NCBI RefSeq assembly: GCF_001194135.2 | Contig: NC_068986.1 | Span: forward strand, 113,352,312 to 113,395,496 | Direction of reading: 5' to 3' | From: Octopus bimaculoides | Taxonomy: Eukaryota | Length of the DNA stretch: 43,185 nucleotides | In this document: piece after piece, positions 11,580 to 24,040 of the stretch | Layout of the letters: each line of letters begins with the position of its first letter | Numbering within the stretch: the first letter of the stretch is position 1 | The notes under the pieces: generated by a model | The model's input: only the letters and a program-made list of their open reading frames with translations | Databases searched by the model: none | Told to the model about the DNA's origin: nothing | Translations under genes and position numbers: made by a program

Positions 11580-12224
11580 GTCTAGGGTTTATACTGAGGT
11601 TTCCCTCCATCGACTTCGTCCACTCCCAACAAATGTGGTCACATTCCTGATAAATTTTCATTTCAGAAAGTTTAAATTACTTTGAACTAAATCTATTATA
11701 TCAATATCAAACCTGGTATTGATATTTTAACATTCTTATTAATGACATGTTAATATAATTTCACATTTTCTAATAACCATGCATAGACTAAGCATTATAA
11801 TTTCCTTGCTAAATATCTTATATCACCCTACAATTTTGCTGTCCTAACATGATGCCAAAACTACACCCACTCACCCCACACACACACACGCATTAGGATA
11901 TTTACCATGTGAATTACTACTAATCACTTCGTCTATAAATTATAGGCCAGAGTATCCATACCTCGCCACTTTCCTTGAGAAACATAAAAGAAACATTAAT
12001 GTCGTCAACTCTGATACCTCTACAACACTTTCAGTGCACGAACTTCTTCTCCATTCACGTGGGATGTCTTCTCTCGTCTCTTTTTCATTTTTTCTTCTTT
12101 TTATGCCATTTATTTACTTTGTAATTATGGTTTCCTAAATAACGCAGCAAACTTCCAAGACCAGCATTCAGATATATCACAGGGATTCATACGCATTTAT
12201 ACATGGACATACACAAACGTACAT

Positions 12225-12240
12225 GCATACATACATACAT

Positions 12241-12315
<75 letters not shown>
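12225..12315. repeat. (ACAT)n-(AT)n microsatellite
   Basis: Directly visible. Confidence 0.9.
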
Positions 12316-12316
<1 letters not shown>

Positions 12317-12344
12317 CCGCTATTTTAATTTATTTTCGATTTAG

Positions 12345-12515
12345 GAAGGTCAAATGAGACCCTATCATTTTCCATCTTGCATACGGCTGATTAACTGGAA
12401 TATCTTCTCGTTGGTTAAATGCTACAATGGCTGTGTATTCCAAAAGTACCAGCGGATTTCGTGTAAACCCCTTACGGAAACAGTGCCTGACACATGTTGG
12501 TCATTTGAATTCCTG
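12345..12515 (+). other. Candidate exon Z (171 nt, open in phase 0)
   Basis: Acceptor tttattttcgatttag| and donor ctg|gtacga; reads EGQMRPYHFPSCIRLINWNIFSLVKCYNGCVFQKYQRISCKPLTETVPDTCWSFEFL without a stop. No homology recognised. Confidence 0.2.
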
Positions 12516-14000
12516 GTACGATTCATGCCATAGATTTATATCCATAGATTTTATAATCTATTTCTTCCTCTTGTCTCAAACCGAGTTTAGAAATAAAGAA
12601 CTTAATCAAACTGTCCCGGCATTCTTCAGGTTGTTTACTACATTTTTTTGCTTAGAATATGTTTTTAATGCAAATAGAATTATTTTGAGGGATGTTTTCG
12701 TTTAATTTGTTCTCGAAGTTATGTTTAATTTTTCTACTTTCCAACTTTTGGCAATTAAGCGTTATTTTTTGTTATTACAATTTGTATTTAACAAAAGATA
12801 ATTAAAAGCGTTCCATACGGAATTGATGTATAATGGCATGAATTCGCCTAGTAATCCATGTGTTATTTCACACGTACGCACTCTTAATTTGTGTATTTTA
12901 ATCTATTTATAGATATTATGAAGAATTCATTTTCATCTTATTCGTTAATGCATTGGACGTTATGTATGTTCTCTTTTCCTCCTACAAACATTATGGGAGT
13001 ATACGTGCATGTGTGTATGTGTGTGTGTGTAAGAGAGAGAAAGAGAGAGAAGTGTGTATGTGTGCGCGTGTGCTTGCGTGTGTCTGTGTGTGCGCGTCTA
13101 TATGCATATATACGAATTATATGTGAGTGTGTATACATCTGTATATATGCATATATATAGATAGATAGACATATATATACATATATATATATATATAATA
13201 TATATATACATATATATATATATATANNNNNNNNNNTATATTTGTGTTGTGTGTATGGCTTATAAAACTTATTACTTGTTCTATGATTAATAACATAAAG
13301 GTTTGCGTTCCTGCATTTAGTCATTTACTGTCACCATTACAATATGAATCTTATTATTTTATTAGTAAAGTGGGAGTGAGGCAGGGAGGACAAGTATACA
13401 TTCTAATAAATGCATCTATTAGCAATTTACTCTAGGTCACGATTTTACAACACGAAACTAGAGAGTTTCGTGATCCAGTATGAACTATTCATGTAACTAA
13501 ACAAATATGTTAGAGATATACATACAATTTACGCTACACATATCCATATATTCGAATTATGTGTAGATGTTTCTGGAAAACCAATATACACTATTGTCTT
13601 GGGCAGGAAGTATTCTAATTTCAAACAAATTTTGAATACGAATTATAATAACAAACCTTTACAATAACATATATTTTGTACTTAGTTCGTATACAATTGT
13701 AAGAACATGTGACATAATGGTAGCAAATAAGGCAAAGGCGATGTTTACTTATGTAAAGAGAGACCAAGTAATACTTAACTATCATTTTGGAGATGTGGTT
13801 CTCATGGTACCTTGTATTTCTTTGGATAAATGTATGCAGCTGATGTTGTCATATTCTCCTCAGGAGATTTTAGAACATTGAACAACCTATAAAGAATATA
13901 AAAAATACCAATTTTAGAACATCATTTATACTTGGATAAATGTTATTTTAATCTCCTTCCCAGGTTATTCAAAAAACGATGCAGTTGGTAAAGCTTCAAG

Positions 14001-14113
14001 ATGCATTCAACTAAAGATTATTGTAAAGAAAATATTTTGCAGCCTAAAATATCACTAAACTTTGAGGGTCACAATGTTCTCCAAGAATATCACCAAAAGA
14101 AATTGCTAAACAG
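14001..14113 (+). CDS. Candidate first coding exon A of an unrecognised spliced ORF (exon 13964-14113)
   Basis: Acceptor aatctccttcccag|13964, ATG at 14001, strong donor cag|gtaaga at 14114. Encodes MHSTKDYCKENILQPKISLNFEGHNVLQEYHQKKLLN and ends in phase 2. Confidence 0.3.
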
Positions 14114-14349
14114 GTAAGATTGAGGATAGAAAAATTAGACATAGTCTGGCCAAAGTAGATGTTTAGTATCTAATACGTTTATCATGGATAAATAGAATCA
14201 GGTCTAGCAATCACGTTTCCTTATTTGCCGGCGAAATTTGTACTCATGTTCATCTTTTGACTAACAACAAACCGCAGATAAAAGAAACTCTTGAAGGTTG
14301 CGTTGCTAACTGATAAGGAGAATTTGTAAACAGAAAGAAGCAGAAAGAC

Positions 14350-14670
14350 TTACACATAGCAGAAACTAGAAGGGACAGAACCCTGAGTCTTGAAAAACAG
14401 TTGCTCCGATACGTAGAAAAATAAAATTTGGGATTTATGGAGTGTCAAAGTGGGGAACAAAAACAGGACAATGGAGATATACAAGGAAACTGAATGAAAA
14501 CAAACATGAGGGGTCGTTAGACCAGAACGAGAGTAAAACAGCGAACGCTGGAGAAATATGTTCTTTGACAAGAGAAAAGATAGAAGAGAGAGATAGAATA
14601 TATGTCTAGTCCTTAGGACAGTCCTGAATGAAGAGATAGATGATCACGTGAGGAAAAGAAAGATGGACGA
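14350..14670. repeat. Unclassified purine-rich interspersed repeat remnant
   Basis: Non-microsatellite GA-biased tract abutting and apparently truncating the mariner left end; family not identified. Confidence 0.25.
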
Positions 14671-14674
14671 CGGT

Positions 14675-14927
14675 CACTGTTGCCATAGTAACAAAGCTAA
14701 AGCATGCACAGTAAAGCGCCGCTTGGCACAGATTGATTTGAACTCTGTTGTGTATTCGCACAAAGTTTTGATGTTCTAGCTCTCTTCAGCTGTTTATAGC
14801 AGAGTTGGAATTAACGTGTATTTTGTGTGTCCATCGCATTGGCCATGACAGAGAAAGTTGACCAGGGAATCTGCTTCAAATTTTGCAAAAAGGTTGGCGA
14901 TATCTGCTCAGAGGTCGACACAAAGTT
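14675..14927 (+). mobile_element. Mariner 5' fragment (sub-terminal region plus ORF start)
   Basis: MTEKVDQGICFKFCKKVGDICSEV resembles the mariner transposase N-terminus (cf. EQRICIKFC..LG.T..E), and is homologous to the inverted copy on the right. Confidence 0.75.
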
Positions 14928-15542
14928 TTCAAAAAGGTTTCATCGTTCTCGACACAATCAAAGGTATCATGTGAAACTGAAACCCAAATGTCGTTTTGGT
15001 CAGCGGAAAGCAGCTTCGGACAAACTTGGCAGATACGCGTCTCATACACAAGTCTTCAGAGATAATGGACTGAACTGAACCGTAACTAATCTGCACCTCC
15101 TCTGATAACTCACGGATGGTGATTCGATGATTTCCTCTCACAGCTGCACGCACATCTGCGATGTTTTTTGAGTTCTGCTGCTTTCAGGTCTCCCAGAACG
15201 TTCGTCAATATCGACATTTTTTCGGCTATCTTGGAAACGTCTGAACCACTCGTACACTTGTGTGCAGCTCGTACACTCTTCTCCATACACTTTCTGCAAC
15301 TTTGAGTTCGCCTCTGAGCAGGTATTGCCATAACAACTTTCTCAGTAATAGTCATTGCAACAATCACACGCTACACACCTTCCTTCCAAGAACTGCTGTA
15401 AATAGCAGAAGTGAGCTAGAACGTCAAAATTGTGTGCCCATGCACACCGGAGATCATGGACTATCCATGCTAAGCAGATTTACTTTGCATGCTTTAGAGT
15501 TCTTGCTTTGACAACAGTCGTGATACTTATTGATGAGAGCTC

Positions 15543-15544
<2 letters not shown>
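14921..15544 (-). mobile_element. Mariner 5' half with terminal repeat and transposase pseudogene (HTH region up to just before the first catalytic D)
   Basis: Minus strand gives KLQKVYGEEC..TQVYEWFRRFQDSRKNVDIDERSGRP, VRAAVRGNHRITIRELSEEVQISYGSVQSIISEDLCMRRVSAKFV and ENDETFLKT. The end near 15544 resembles a mariner TIR next to ta. Confidence 0.85.
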
Positions 15545-15574
<30 letters not shown>

Positions 15575-15704
15575 GTGTGTGTGTGTGTGTGTNNNNNNNN
15601 NNNNNNNNNNNNNNNNNNNNNNNNNNNNNNNNNNNNNNNNNATATATATATATATATATATATATATACGTGTGTGTGCATGTGTGTATATATATAGTGT
15701 GAAT

Positions 15705-16000
15705 TTAAAAAAAGAACAAAAGACGAAGACGGGTGTGTAAACAACAAAGAAATGTACTAGTTTAACTCTCGGGAAGTGAGAAAGTCTTTTACGTTTTGAG
15801 CCTACGCTCTTCGACAGAAAAGAACATAGAAAGAGAAAAGTTCAAAAGGTTCAAACGTCGTGTTGTATTGGAGGGATTTCTTGTCAACGGAAGAATCCAG
15901 TGTAATCCATGGGTTGGAGGTGTGCAGCCGATATGAGGTGGAGACAGGATAAAACTGGTGCGACCACGTGAGCATTAAATGTGTACTGATTGGAAAAGGC
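15705..16000 (-). mobile_element. Probable Penelope-like element 3' terminus with degenerate hammerhead motif
   Basis: Reverse complement has cttttCTGTCGAagagcgtaggctcAAAACGTAaaag followed by about 100 bp shared with 6190-6290. Confidence 0.5.
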
Positions 16001-16799
16001 GGTGCTTTGAACGAAAAATAATATTCCTTTTTATATTATTGTATTATCCTGTTTTCACTTCGTGTGCGTTTGTGCAAGCAGGTTAAACCAAACATACCGA
16101 TTGCGTGATGCAACCCCTATCAAATGAATTTACCTGTCGTTTCTTTATCATATTTGGTCTCAGTAACAACTGGTGATCGACATTTCTGATTTTATTAATG
16201 TATCTCAATATTCTATAAATACATATTTCAAAGTACGCACCGTTTATATTCTCTTTTTGCATCCCACTAGTACTAATGCGCCATGCATGAAAAATCAAAC
16301 GCCACTATTCTACAAAACAATATTCACGTAGATTTTTATACGTCTCTTTCTATTGTGGTTATAGACTGATATTTTGGTATCCATATTTTTAATGAGTTAT
16401 TATAATATTTGTGTATATTGTGTCTCTTGGTAGGAAGATTTCTTATGATCTGAAACTTGGCATACACGGCTTTTATTGAATTTCACTGTCTATTATTTAC
16501 TATAATGTACATCAAACATTATTACATAAAATTTAACTACTTTTGCATATAAATATGTAAGGTTTAAACTAAACTTTTATATTGACACTTAGATCTTTTT
16601 ATAGACCTAATAATAGCGAGCGTAAATTTCATTCAAATCTTAATCTACATGATTCAATGTTTTAGTGTTCACTAGTCTATTATTTGTAAAACTCCCATAA
16701 GCTATTTCGCAAGATATTTGCATAACAAAACATTTTCATCCTTAAATTAGATTAATCTTGTCAATTTAATTCGTAATTAAAAATCATATTTTATCATTC

Positions 16800-16851
16800 A
16801 TATATAATATATATACGTATATATGTATATATATATATGTGTGTGTGTGTA

Positions 16852-16907
<56 letters not shown>

Positions 16908-16935
16908 TGTGTGAGTATGTATATCTATATGTATG
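16800..16935. repeat. (AT)n-(GT)n microsatellite
   Basis: Directly visible. Confidence 0.9.
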
Positions 16936-17166
16936 TAAATAAATATATTATTATAATTCTACATGGGAGTTTGCAAAACATAAGATAGTTTGTGTACTGC
17001 TATAAACAATGACTTAAATATCTATAATATTTNNNNNNNNNNNNNNNNNNNNNNNNNNNNNNNNNNNNNNNNNNNNNNNNNNNNNNNNNNNNNNNNNNNN
17101 NNNNNNNNNNNNNNNNNNNNNNNNNNNNNNNNNNNNNNNNNNNNNNNNNNNNNNNNNNNNNNNNTA

Positions 17167-17198
<32 letters not shown>

Positions 17199-17589
17199 GC
17201 TATATATATATATTACTTTAGAACTTAACTGAATCATTTTATAAAAATAAAAATCTTTTAGATGGAGTTAACTTATCTTACTTAAATTGGTCAGTTGGGG
17301 AAAGTGGAGCATGATAAATCTGTGTTGGCATAATGGATCAATTGCCATATTTTTTTTTTACTGTTCGCCCAACTCCAGGAAGTACAATGGTGTAGCAGCC
17401 ATTATGGATTACATCATCCCTGCTGCTAAATTACATGTTGTAATCTTCCTGGTGAATGTCTTTCAAGCTTCTCATTCTGAATAACTAACCTCAGTCACAA
17501 GGTCACTCAATTTTGATTGTGAAACAAATATTTGTGATGCTGCAAGAAGAATACGACAGATTTGGATTTTTTCTCTTTCTTTTTTGTAC

Positions 17590-18650
17590 TGGAAGTATGT
17601 TCAAAGTATATTCTTTGACTATACTGTGATAGAGAAAGGGAAAATCCTTGGACATTCTGAAATTCAAGGAAGTCCCTTAGTGGGGTATAACGGGTGACTC
17701 GTCAATTCGTGGAGTGGGATATAATGAGCCTCTTAAGCTTCCACAAATAGAGAAAAATAAAAATTAAAGAAGTCTTCCACATTCTACGCAAATATGACAG
17801 CATCTGAAAGTGTTTCAGAAGCATGGTTTCATATAATTATCGATATTTGCACAGAGCACAGATTAAGGTGATTGCGTCACAATTTCAAAAGGAAAGGGGA
17901 AATAAAAATGCGCAAAAGAAGCAACGTAAGTGGAAAGGAGGAAGGGCCACTCGCTTCAAACTGTTATAATACAGGAAGTGTAGTATGAAGCAATAGTAAT
18001 GACCACCATGATAGTGCAAATGATTTGGAGGAAGAATACGTTTAGTTCATACTATGCAAGAGATTCTGGAGCAGAAACCAAGACAACAAGAATGAAGTTT
18101 GGTGTCTGTGTGACTTTTTTGATGACTATCTTTGCCCTGAATAGATTCCAAGGAAACAGACGCTAACCTACAAACTCCTTCGGGAAGTGTACCGCATTAT
18201 CTGGATTTCTTGTCTTGAATGGACAAGGAATGCAGATATTACTGAAACTGACTGTGGTTCTGTTAACGAGTTTTTTAATGAAGATAAATTCTGTTTAACT
18301 TTGGATATCTCTCTTATGTTTATGTATTGATGGTTTGTAACATTCACCCTAAATTCGTCATATTTTTATCCGAATATTGCTTCCATTTGTGGATGACCCA
18401 TTATCCTTCACCAAAGATTAAACTATCAGATTTTTTCAGTAGTTCAAAGATGATTATATACAAATGAAACGGCCATACACATTTCCGCCTCCCCTCAATC
18501 GACAGGAAGTGCTTATCAGAATCATGATGCACTGACTTCATTTGTAAATCCTTATTCACTGTTAAATGTTAGTTTTTATTTGACATTGCTTCCAAAAATG
18601 TGCGAAAATTGAACCATTTTACGGCCCCCCACCCCACTACATTCCCATAC
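17590..18650 (+). mobile_element. Possible highly decayed pogo-like (DDE_1 plus PHD-finger tail) DNA transposon 3' part
   Basis: Frameshifted fragments YSFDYTVI (cf. GIYPFD), an acidic tract DSANDLEEEY, and LCKRFW...EVWCLCD (PHD-like). The end ccattttac..ccaccccactac resembles pogo-like TIRs. Weak and by eye only. Confidence 0.3.
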
Positions 18651-20851
18651 AATGTTTTCTAATTTTTCTCTAATTATGTCTGTTACTAACAATGCTTCTT
18701 GTTTCCATGTTTCAGACCCTCGTTTCATAATTCCGTAACATGTAAGAAAATGTCCACCCTTATACGTATATCAACATACAACCATACGCTCTTAACACTA
18801 AACTTTTTACCGGAGTATTTACGAATATTTGATATTCTTCCTTATTGTTGCATTAGCCACTTCCAGTTTGGTAGCCCTTACTAGTTCTTCCATACAATTA
18901 TCTACAATTCTTCTCGAATTATTGTAAGGTGGTCTCGAATTGATGATATGAATTTTAAAGAAATTGGAAACTAATCCTCGTAAAATGCTAACCTAACGCT
19001 TTCAAAATGGCTGAATATAACAATGGATAAATACGGAATTTGAAAGAAATGAGCACAGGTTAGTCATGGATAGAACGTCTCTCGAGTGATGAATAAACAC
19101 AACTGTTCTGTCGGTAACATTCGAAAGCCATAGATAGAATGGCAGAACATAAAATACTACACGAAGGAGATTCTAAATTCCCTGGCATGATAAATGTCAT
19201 AGAATATATTCAGATTGTCATTAAGCATCCATGTTTGTATGTGTGTGTGTGTGTGAGTGTTTTTTTTGTGTGTGTCTATGTGTCTCTATATGTGACTGTG
19301 TGCGCGTGCGCTCGTGTGTGCATGCATGTACAAAAAATCCGGAAATAATACACTTTACAAGGACATCAACACACAACCAGTAACAAAGTCCCCAGACTAA
19401 ACATAATACATTTAAGAATTAATACTTTACAAAGACAATTTTAATAAAAAATGACGAAAGAAAACAGGGGGCAACACAACAAAAATGTCGTTCAAAACAG
19501 CTTCACCACTGGAATAAAACACAGCACCCATTTGAAATTGTAATAAAATTTGATTAAACAAACCCTTCTACAATGTAATCCATTCTTCAATGAACCTAAC
19601 ATTTTTCAAACAATATATGTATATCATAAATAGCATTTGTATACTAAAACTGCTAATTATATCAGCAATGGAGGCTTTCAAGAGGACAGAAATTAAGAAA
19701 AGGATTTAGATTAATAAACATTAACACAGTATCAGCTTTATCAACAGCGCCCTGCTCTAAATTACATCTAGTTTATCCCAGACAAAAACTTCTTTTGAAC
19801 GAGATTTCAGTACACATAAAATCTCTCTGAGTTTTTCAGCAGTAGTGACAGTCAGAGAACTGCAGCAATATCGTTGCAACTAGAGCTGTTTACATCCTAA
19901 ACAACACATACCAAAACCCACCCTAACCCAACAACAAACAGACTAGCCCAGACGTGAATTTCTTCTCATATCAACGCCTGTTTACCTCTAACACTTGGCA
20001 ATAATTTTCTTTCTTTTCTCAAAGTATCTACTTATCATTACAGTAAACTTGCACATCAATCAAATAAGCTACATCTTCAGTAACGACAAACAATAAATAA
20101 AAAGAAATTGGAATGAATTTCACTGAGAAATAGAATCAAACTTTCCATAATTCAACAACATCACAATCACCAGCATAATCGTTGCGGTGCGTAGAGAGAG
20201 GGAAATAATTATAGACAAATCTACAAATATATCTCACAAGGCGAAATAAAGAGTTAAAACACGGCAACAAACCAGAAATAAGCTCATAAAACCCAGAGAT
20301 AACCTCAAAAGTGATACACCAAAACGGCTCACAACTAAAGTAAAATTCAGGATCAAACGACCAAACAAGGAAGTGATAAAAATAACCATAAAAATAGAAA
20401 ATTGGTAAACACTTGTAAACAAAATAAATCAAAACACGAACATGAAACAAACCATTTTGAGGAGTTAACAAGAACAAGTCACGTTATATCCTGTTGCTGC
20501 TCTAACAACCTCAACATATACACTCACATTGCGATGCACAACAAGAGCCTCAATCAAATATTTCTGTAAAAGTTTCCAGCAAAATACTTATCAAGAGAGA
20601 AGAGGAGGAGGGAGAGAAAAGGAGGAAATATGAAGAGAGGGAGCGAAGGAGAGAGATAGAAGGAGAGAGAAGAAACGAAAACGCTGACCGTACCAATGAG
20701 GTAATGTTTCATGCCCATAAGTTATGCAATAGAAATATGAGAGTTTAAGATCATGGGTTTCAAGTCTGACGAAATCCCACTTGAATATTTAAAACAGTGT
20801 TTATTAAATTCAATGAACCCCTAAACACCAGTGACAACTAGTTGTCATACT

Positions 20852-21015
20852 CATATTGATTTCAAATTTTAGCACAAGGCCAGCATGTTCGGTGAAATTA
20901 GTAAGTTGATTACATCGACCCCAATGCCCAACCGGTATATAATTTATCGACCTCAAAATAATAAAAAGTGAAGTCGACATCGGTGCAATTTGAGCACAGA
21001 ACATTAAGACTGCCC
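20852..21015 (-). mobile_element. SINE family A copy (5'-truncated)
   Basis: Reverse complement: ttctgtgctcaaattgcaccgatgtcgacttcac..gaggtcgataaattatataccggttgggcattggggtcgatgtaatcaactt..ggccttgtgctaaaatttgaaatc. Confidence 0.75.
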
Positions 21016-21230
21016 AGGCGCACCAATATAAGAAACCTGGATTTGGAAGAGTTGAGCTAAATATTTATAAACTATAAAGCAAAACAAAGCAGGAATCTGA
21101 AGTGAAATCATCCAGGCTTAACCCAATTCTATGATTGACCAAAGTACTTCTTGAAGTTCTGATCCTTGCCATTATAAAATATAAAATATCCTTGTTTTAA
21201 GTTTCAACATTGATTTAGAACACTCGTAGG

Positions 21231-21577
21231 ACTCGATCGGTTACGAGGACGAGGGTTCCAGTTGATCCAATCAACGGAACAACCGTTTCATGTAATTAAC
21301 GTGCAAGTGGCTGAGCACTCCACAGACACGTGTACCCTTAACGTAGTTCTCGGGGAGATTCGGTGTGACACAGTGTGTGATAAGGCTGGCCCTTTGAAAT
21401 ATAGGTACAACAGAAACGGGTAGATAGAGTGAGAGAAAGTTGTCGTAAAAGTTGCCGGAGCCTAGTGGAGCGTTGGTGTTTTCGTTCAATAAACACTCAC
21501 AACGCCCGATCTGGGAATCGAAACCGCGATCACATGACCGTGAGTCCGCTGCCCTAACCACTGAGCCATTGCGCCTC
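21231..21577 (-). mobile_element. tRNA-derived SINE (family B), near full length
   Basis: The 5' head gaggcgcaaTGGCTCAGTGGTTagggcagcggactcacggtcatgtgatcgcGGTTTCGATTCCcagatcgggcg carries pol III A and B boxes, followed by about 270 bp of unrelated body. Confidence 0.8.
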
Positions 21578-22099
21578 AGCTCTAGACCACTATATCATGT
21601 ATGAGTACTGTAAATGTTGTACACATTCCGCATACAACAGCCTATGTTTATCTTCCTGCTTTTGTAAGGGTGTGTGCATGCGCACGTGTGCGCTTTGATA
21701 TGGTTGGGCGTAACTTGCAATTGTATTTGAGGTTTTCTGGTGAAGCTGATAAGAAAGGAGACAGACATTTCGCTCCTCATTTCAAGCTTAATTAAAAGAC
21801 ATTTCTGCAGTCCAACAAAAAAAGGAATATTTACTCATTCACACGTAACAGCATAATGACATTTTCCCACTAGGCTGCAGACACTGTTGCAAATACGAAC
21901 CTGGATCATCATCGAAATCTTTGAAGCATTACCGACCACAGTTATATTCACATTTGTTGCTAACAATCCCAGAGAAAATTGAAGATAACCAACTAACACA
22001 TACATAAATGTAAGCTCATCCCTCTCTAACACATGCATATATACAGGGTTAAGTTCTTAGTGTGTGTGAACTTCCATGAACTTAGATCTTGTAAGGTGT

Positions 22100-22705
22100 C
22101 TATTTATCTGCTCCGAGCTCCGAATGTCTTCACGTCTATTCTAAATAAACAACAAAGAGTGGAGAATGACCGAATGCACCTCAATGCATTATACATGGAG
22201 TACATGTACGACAAAGATGAAATTAGGAGAATATGCTTATAAGAAGAAAACAGTTTGTTGCTGCCGCGAGGATAGAAACCTCGATGTCTCTACCTGCTAC
22301 AACAATGCCTTGCACATAAGCATACACATGTACAACGGACAAGATTCTTCTCCTACACAATGTAAATACCAAAAGAAACCCGGAATCAATAGGACAGTGA
22401 AGAGAACGGAATATGACCAAATATTCTGGTCTACATAAATCTCAACAAGGAAGTAGCGGGTGTCAAACAGCTTAGTACGTCATCCACAAGGTGGAGTCAC
22501 TACATGGCGAGGAGGACCAATATGTGTTTCATGTTTTGTCTTCGAAATGATTGCATGGGTGCAATGCAACAGTTTAATCAGGACCGATTTGGGGTTTATA
22601 GCACATAAATATACTACTATTTTATTGCATTCAGCAGCCTTAACTTGTTTATGTATGACAAATTGCTCATCTTCTCACAAACATTGAAACAGGCTGGACA
22701 AAGAA
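22100..22705 (+). mobile_element. Possible decayed CR1/L2-type LINE 3' fragment
   Basis: The tail reads NCSSSHKH*NRLDK (cf. ..SSLNSFKNRLDK); upstream motifs are only faint. Confidence 0.3.
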
Positions 22706-23089
22706 GTTACGGTCAACTGTTAAATGATGTGTGTGTGTGTCTTTGAGTGCGTGATTTCAGGTAGATACATATACACTTACAGAATGCTAGATCCACTTGA
22801 ACATCAATGTAAAGTGTAAATAAACAAATAGATTGAAGATACATCGATATCGAGAAACACACATAGATTCACAGACAGACACACACACACACACACATAC
22901 ATACACAGCCAGGCGCACATATATGAACATGCAATCAGCGGAAGGAAGCGAAAGTCAAAAAAGAAAACACTTTCTAGCAAATATATCCACGTACCTACAC
23001 GTATGCGTACATCCACATTAACACGTACGCTATACATACACTCAAATTAGAATTGGAAAGTCAAACACAAGTTAAAAGCCACGCACATG

Positions 23090-23127
23090 AGCCTGTGTGT
23101 GCATGTGTGTGCGTGTATGCAACTATG

Positions 23128-23201
<74 letters not shown>

Positions 23202-23560
23202 TAAATTCACAGAGGTATGTATATGTATGTATATGTATAAATATATGTATATGTGTGTGCGACCGTGTGTGTGTAGGTATGTATGTATACATACATATCT
23301 ACACACACAAACACACACATATATGCATATATATATATATATGTATATATTTATACATATACATTGGTATGTATATGTATAAATATATATATATATGTTT
23401 GTGTGCGAGCGTGTGTGTGTATGTGTATACATATATATGTATATGTATGTATATATACATATATATGTACGAACAAACATTTATATGTGATTGTGTGCGT
23501 GTATAGGTATATATATATACGCATATAAATGCATACACGCGCACCGGCGCACGCGCGTAC
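23090..23560. repeat. Complex alternating purine-pyrimidine array (AT/GT/AC/ATGT)
   Basis: Directly visible; produces several artefactual ORFs on both strands. Confidence 0.9.
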
Positions 23561-23839
23561 GATAGAATTTAATTTCTTGCGGGATTTCGAGTTATTGATT
23601 TTTATTCGTTTAGCCTAATTAATTTGGTTGGTTGGAGGAAATATTTTTAGACGTAACAGATTGTTCGTTTGCACTTAAAGGAAATAGACGGATGCTTAGC
23701 TTTTAGTTAATTAATATAAAAACAGTTATAATACCAGTAGAGATTCTAATTTGATCGCTTGAAAATCAACGTTTTAAGAACATCACATATTGCCCGTATG
23801 TTAATTAAGTTGAGGGCAAAGCTGTCGAAATCCTGGCTT

Positions 23840-23997
23840 TCTTTTATTCAAAGCATGTCACACTGTTGTTATATCCACATAACTATGTAATCTCAAAATG
23901 TAAAGAATAAAAGTGGGAGTACATGACATCACATAGATTGATAGATAGGTAGGGAGGTAAAGTGGTGTATATATATATAAATTTATATATATATACA
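23840..23997 (+). repeat. 158-bp exact direct repeat, copy 1 (copy 2 at 24645-24802)
   Basis: Base-by-base identical, including (AT)n unit counts; the copies flank a SINE and an N-gap. Confidence 0.9.
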
Positions 23998-24040
23998 ACA
24001 CTTCACTTCCTACCAACCTACCTACCTATATATAATATTA

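Noticed and set aside
21503-21577. tRNA-like sequence
   Set aside because: A and B boxes are present but there is no convincing acceptor stem, and it continues into a SINE body; treated as a SINE head, not a tRNA gene.
23053-23544. Overlapping Y/I/C/V/H/T-rich ORFs (similar ones at 26786-27616, 30000-30365, 34923-35424, 37092-37472)
   Set aside because: Translations of dinucleotide microsatellites.
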